DNA of 64,000 nt from Alphaproteobacteria bacterium (GTDB lineage Bacteria > Pseudomonadota > Alphaproteobacteria > SHVV01), in NCBI GenBank assembly GCA_965261735.1, contig OZ253470.1:96001-160000 (forward strand). The letters run 5' to 3'. The notes below the pieces were generated by a model. It searched no databases, was not told the origin of the DNA, and was given only the letters and a program-made list of their open reading frames with translations. The position numbers and the translations under genes are program-made. Below, one piece after another: positions 60,295-64,000 of this stretch. Numbering within the stretch: position 1 is the first letter of the stretch; every line of letters begins with the position of its first letter.

Positions 60295-60681
60295 GTGAGC
60301 TTGGCACTTGCCGGCTATCCCTTCAGCGGCCCGGTACCGTTGCTGCGTTGTTCGCTGCCGCGGGTAGCCGGCGTCTACGCCGTACTCGCGCGCCGGATCA
60401 GGAGCGCTCCCCTTCTGCCCCGCATGCCATTGGACCTGCTGTTCGTCGCTGAAACCGACGATCTGTCGACGCTGCGCATTCCCGGCGCCCACCCCCAATA
60501 TCGACGCTGGGTCGCGCACGCCGGGTCGGAAGGGCTGCTTCACCTAGCGGTGCACTACATGCCGAGCGCCGGACTCGCCGACCGAAGGGTCGTCGCCAGC
60601 CACGTCATCGCGACGTGCAGCCCGGACTGCCCGCTGCAAGGGCCGACGGCTCACCGGCCGAGCCCCGAGGCGGTCGCCTAG
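60295..60681 (+). CDS. Hypothetical protein, degenerate GIY-YIG-like
   Basis: GTG start after GGGGAA; GYPFSGP..LP..AGVYAVL..LLFVAETDDL..R..H..W pattern; co-oriented with nrdJ. Confidence 0.6.
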   Translation: MSLALAGYPFSGPVPLLRCSLPRVAGVYAVLARRIRSAPLLPRMPLDLLFVAETDDLSTLRIPGAHPQYRRWVAHAGSEGLLHLAVHYMPSAGLADRRVVASHVIATCSPDCPLQGPTAHRPSPEAVA

Positions 60682-60791
60682 GACACTGGGCTGAGCCCAG
60701 ACCGGCGCGGCCGCGCCCCCGCCGCATGTCGCCGCTCGACCCCACGGGACTCGCGTCAGTTTGGGTTATTTTGTGTCTTTCTCGGGCCCTG

Positions 60792-60840
60792 ACACAAAAT
60801 GTTGTTGACGATCTTTCGACGGGCCGTCTACATATTGGGG
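60792..60840. promoter_or_regulatory. Tandem NrdR boxes upstream of nrdJ
   Basis: ACACAAAATGTTGTTG (60792) and CGTCTACATATTGGGG (60825), 33 bp apart, directly before a ribonucleotide reductase gene. Confidence 0.75.
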
Positions 60841-60937
60841 TCGCTTGAATAGGAACTACCGTATCTAGGAGCGACCGTGCCAAGGGGCGGCAACGACAAC
60901 GCCCCGGTTGGGGTGGTGTTTGGGGAACGGGGGGGTC

Positions 60938-63900
60938 ATGCGGATCGCGCGCCGATCTACGAAGGCTGGGCAGTCGCCTTATGCGGCCATTCCCTTCAGG
61001 ATAGTAAGTAGTGAGATCCGTAACCCGGACGGGTCGCTCGTCTTCGAGATGGCGGACTGTGAGGTACCGCAGGCCTGGTCGCAGGTGGCGTCCGACATCC
61101 TGGCGCAGAAATATTTTCGCAAGAAGGGCGTGCCTACCCGGCTCAAGCCGTTGCCCGAGGACGGGGTGCCGTCCTGGTTGTGGCGGCGCGTCACGGACGA
61201 GGAAGCGCTGGTGGCCCTGCCCGACTCCGAGCGCGAAAGCGCCGAGTCGAGCGCCAAGCAGGTCTTCGAACGCCTCGCGGGCACGTGGACCTATTGGGGC
61301 TGGAAGGGCGGCTACTTCGACACCGAAGACGACGCTCGCGCCTACTTCGACGAAATGCGCTACATGCTGGCGAGTCAGATGGGCGCGCCCAATTCGCCGC
61401 AGTGGTTCAACACCGGCATCCATTGGGCCTATGGCATCGACGGGCCGGCGCAGGGTCATTGGCACGTCGACCACGTGAGCGGCGAGGTCAAGCCCTCCGA
61501 CACGGCCTACGAGCATCCGCAGCCCCACGCCTGCTTCATCCAGGGCGTGAACGACGACCTCGCCAACGAGGGCGGCATCATGGACCTGTGGGTGCGCGAG
61601 GCGCGCCTGTTCAAGTACGGCTCGGGCACCGGCTCCAACTTCTCGGCTTTGCGCGGTGCCGGCGAAGCCCTGTCGGGCGGCGGTAAGTCGTCGGGCCTGA
61701 TGAGCTTCCTCAAGATCGGCGACCGCGCCGCGGGCGCCATCAAGTCGGGCGGGACGACGCGGCGCGCCGCCAAGATGGTGGTGGTCGACGTCGACCATCC
61801 CGATATCGAGGAATTCGTCTCCTGGAAGGTGACCGAGGAGCAGAAGGTCGCGGCGCTTGTGACGGGCTCGAAGCTCGCTAACAAGCACCTCAATGCCGTC
61901 ATGCGGGCCTGCCATGCGCTCGCCGGGCCGGGCCGCTTTACGCCGGCCGATAACCCTGAGCTCAAAAAGGCCATCGGCGATGCCCGCCGGGCGATGGTCT
62001 CCGAGAGCTACATCCAGCGCGTCGTCCAGTTCGCGGAACAAGGCTTCACCGAGATCGATTTCCGCGTCTACGACACCGACTGGGACGGCGACGCCTACTT
62101 CACGGTATCGGGCCAGAACGCCAACAACACGGTGCGCGTCACGGACGCCTTCATGGCCGCGCTCGATAAGGACGAACCCTGGGCGCTGACGCGGCGCACC
62201 GACGGCGGCGTCGCCAAGACGTTGCGCGCCCGCGATCTATGGGACCAGGTGGCGGAAGCCGCCTGGCAGTCGGCCGACCCGGGCGTGCAGTTCCACACCA
62301 CGATCAACGATTGGCACACCTGCCCCTCTGGCGGCGATATTCACGCGTCGAACCCGTGCTCGGAATACATGTTCCTCGACGACACCGCCTGCAACCTGGC
62401 GTCGCTCAACCTCATGAACTTCCGCCGCCGGGACAAGAGCTTCGACGTCGAGGCGTTCCAGCATGCCGTCCGGCTGTGGACGATCACGCTGGAAGTATCG
62501 GTGTTGATGGCACAGTTCCCGTCGCGGCGCATTGCCGAGCTGTCGTACGGCTATCGAACGCTCGGGCTCGGTTACGCGAACATAGGTGCCCTGCTGATGG
62601 CCGCCGCCATCCCCTACGACAGCGCCGCCGGGAGGGCCCTGTGCGGGGCAATCACGGCGCTGATGACGGGGACCGCCTACGCGACCTCGGCGGAAATGGC
62701 GCGTGAGCTCGGGGCCTTCCCGCATTTCAAGGCGAACCGCGACGCCATGCTACGTGTCATGCGCAACCACCGGCGCGCCGCCCATGGTCTCGCCCAGGGT
62801 TACGAGGCGCTCGCGGTGGCGCCGGTACCGCTGGACGTGGCCTCCTGCCCCGACGCCGGGCTGGCCGGCGCGGCGCGCGAGGCGTGGGACCTTGCGGTGG
62901 CCGCGGGCGAGGAACACGGGTACCGCAACGCCCAGGCCACGGTCATCGCGCCGACCGGCACCATCGGGCTCGTCATGGACTGCGACACGACCGGAATCGA
63001 GCCCGATTTTACCACGGTCAAGTTCAAGAAGCTCGCCGGCGGCGGGTACTTCCGCATCATCAACCGGACGATTCCGGAAGCGCTGGCCGCGCTCGGCTAC
63101 TCCGAATCACAGATCGCCGACATCACGCGCTACGCTACCGGCCGCGGCACGCTCGCCGGTGCCCCCGCCATCGATCACGATGCGTTGGCCTCCAGGGACT
63201 TCTCGGAGGATGCGCTGGCCAAGGTCGAAAACCTGCTCGAAAGCGCCTTCGACATCAAATACGCGTTCAACAAGTGGACGCTGGGCGAGACCTTCTGCAC
63301 CGAGGTGTTGGGCCTGGATGCGCATCGCCTCGCCGAACCGGGCTTCGATCTGCTGAGCGAACTCGGCTTCTCCAAGACCGAGATCGAGGCGGCCAACACC
63401 TACTGCTGCGGCTCCATGACGCTGGAGGGAGCGCCGCATCTCGACCCTGAGCACCTAGCCGTGTTCGACTGTGCCACCCCGTGCGGCCGCCTCGGTGTAC
63501 GCTTCCTCTCGGCCGAGAGCCATATCCGCATGATGGCGGCGGCGCAGCCGTTCATCTCCGGCGCCATTTCGAAGACCATCAACATGCCGAACGCCGCTCG
63601 CGTGGAGGACTGCCGCGACGCTTACATGCTGTCCTGGCAACTCGCGCTCAAGGCGACGGCGCTCTACCGCGACGGCTCGAAGCTGTCGCAGCCGCTCGCC
63701 GGGATCGCGCTGGACGACGAGAGTGATGACGCGGCCGCCGAGGCGCCGCTGCGGCCGCAGGTCGTTGCCGAGCGCATGGTCGAGGAGATCGAGCGCGCCA
63801 GCCGGCTCCGACTCCCTCAGCGGCGCAAGGGCTACACCCAGAAGGCCACGGTGGGCGGCCATAAGGTCTATTTGCGCACCGGCGAGTACGACTCAGGCGC

Positions 63901-64000
63901 GCTCGGCGAAATCTTCATCGACATGCACAAGGAAGGGGCCGCGTTCCGCAGTCTCATGAACAATTTCGCGATCGCCATATCGATCGGCCTGCAGTACGGC
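60938..64000 (+). CDS. nrdJ: Vitamin B12-dependent class II ribonucleotide reductase (partial, runs off the window)
   Basis: [44 protein letters not shown] and C-terminal [16 protein letters not shown] all in one frame; absent from the ORF track because there is no stop in the window. Confidence 0.97.
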   Translation, partial: MRIARRSTKAGQSPYAAIPFRIVSSEIRNPDGSLVFEMADCEVPQAWSQVASDILAQKYFRKKGVPTRLKPLPEDGVPSWLWRRVTDEEALVALPDSERESAESSAKQVFERLAGTWTYWGWKGGYFDTEDDARAYFDEMRYMLASQMGAPNSPQWFNTGIHWAYGIDGPAQGHWHVDHVSGEVKPSDTAYEHPQPHACFIQGVNDDLANEGGIMDLWVREARLFKYGSGTGSNFSALRGAGEALSGGGKSSGLMSFLKIGDRAAGAIKSGGTTRRAAKMVVVDVDHPDIEEFVSWKVTEEQKVAALVTGSKLANKHLNAVMRACHALAGPGRFTPADNPELKKAIGDARRAMVSESYIQRVVQFAEQGFTEIDFRVYDTDWDGDAYFTVSGQNANNTVRVTDAFMAALDKDEPWALTRRTDGGVAKTLRARDLWDQVAEAAWQSADPGVQFHTTINDWHTCPSGGDIHASNPCSEYMFLDDTACNLASLNLMNFRRRDKSFDVEAFQHAVRLWTITLEVSVLMAQFPSRRIAELSYGYRTLGLGYANIGALLMAAAIPYDSAAGRALCGAITALMTGTAYATSAEMARELGAFPHFKANRDAMLRVMRNHRRAAHGLAQGYEALAVAPVPLDVASCPDAGLAGAAREAWDLAVAAGEEHGYRNAQATVIAPTGTIGLVMDCDTTGIEPDFTTVKFKKLAGGGYFRIINRTIPEALAALGYSESQIADITRYATGRGTLAGAPAIDHDALASRDFSEDALAKVENLLESAFDIKYAFNKWTLGETFCTEVLGLDAHRLAEPGFDLLSELGFSKTEIEAANTYCCGSMTLEGAPHLDPEHLAVFDCATPCGRLGVRFLSAESHIRMMAAAQPFISGAISKTINMPNAARVEDCRDAYMLSWQLALKATALYRDGSKLSQPLAGIALDDESDDAAAEAPLRPQVVAERMVEEIERASRLRLPQRRKGYTQKATVGGHKVYLRTGEYDSGALGEIFIDMHKEGAAFRSLMNNFAIAISIGLQYG

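Noticed and set aside
60230-60300. Possible cobalamin riboswitch upstream of the B12-dependent RNR
   Set aside because: Only an isolated GGGAA is present; the B12 box and conserved core are absent.
60605-62041. 478-aa minus-strand ORF and other small ORFs up to 64000
   Set aside because: Antisense or off-frame shadows of nrdJ, which is open in one frame from 60938.
1-64000. CRISPR arrays, tRNA/rRNA genes, prophage or integrase genes
   Set aside because: No repeat-spacer arrays, cloverleaf signatures or phage/integrase motifs were seen by eye in the intergenic regions or ORFs.

Overview
High-GC alphaproteobacterial (Rhodospirillales-like) chromosomal segment made up mostly of conserved housekeeping blocks: secDF-yajC, tatABC-serS-surE-pcm-nlpD, an Fe3+ ABC transporter, a complete cysE-iscR-nifS-iscSUA-hscBA-fdx-iscX operon, anmK/tyrS, glnE, an M23 peptidase-bactofilin pair, prfB (+1 frameshift)-mrcA-amiC-rne, M48-dsbA, hppD-hmgA-fahA-maiA, thiS-thiG, aroQ-aat, mlaD-NDUFA12 and the 5' part of the class II ribonucleotide reductase nrdJ. 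The accessory content is concentrated at 10-19 kb: two near-identical IS1595 (ISSod11-group) copies, one of them interrupted by an IS3 element, and a low-GC, frameshifted, IS-truncated gene with a HEPN-like RxxxxH motif placed directly after iscX. Several dispensable genes are broken (cbpA, cbpM, maiA, a squalene/phytoene synthase-like gene) and accBC is missing from its usual position, which suggests early genome erosion, although sequencing error cannot be excluded. I found no clear multi-gene novel system. The best candidates for undescribed biology are a degenerate GIY-YIG-like protein with its own tandem NrdR boxes just upstream of nrdJ, and the HEPN-like gene appended to the isc operon. 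Family assignments come from recognising motifs by eye, not from database searches.
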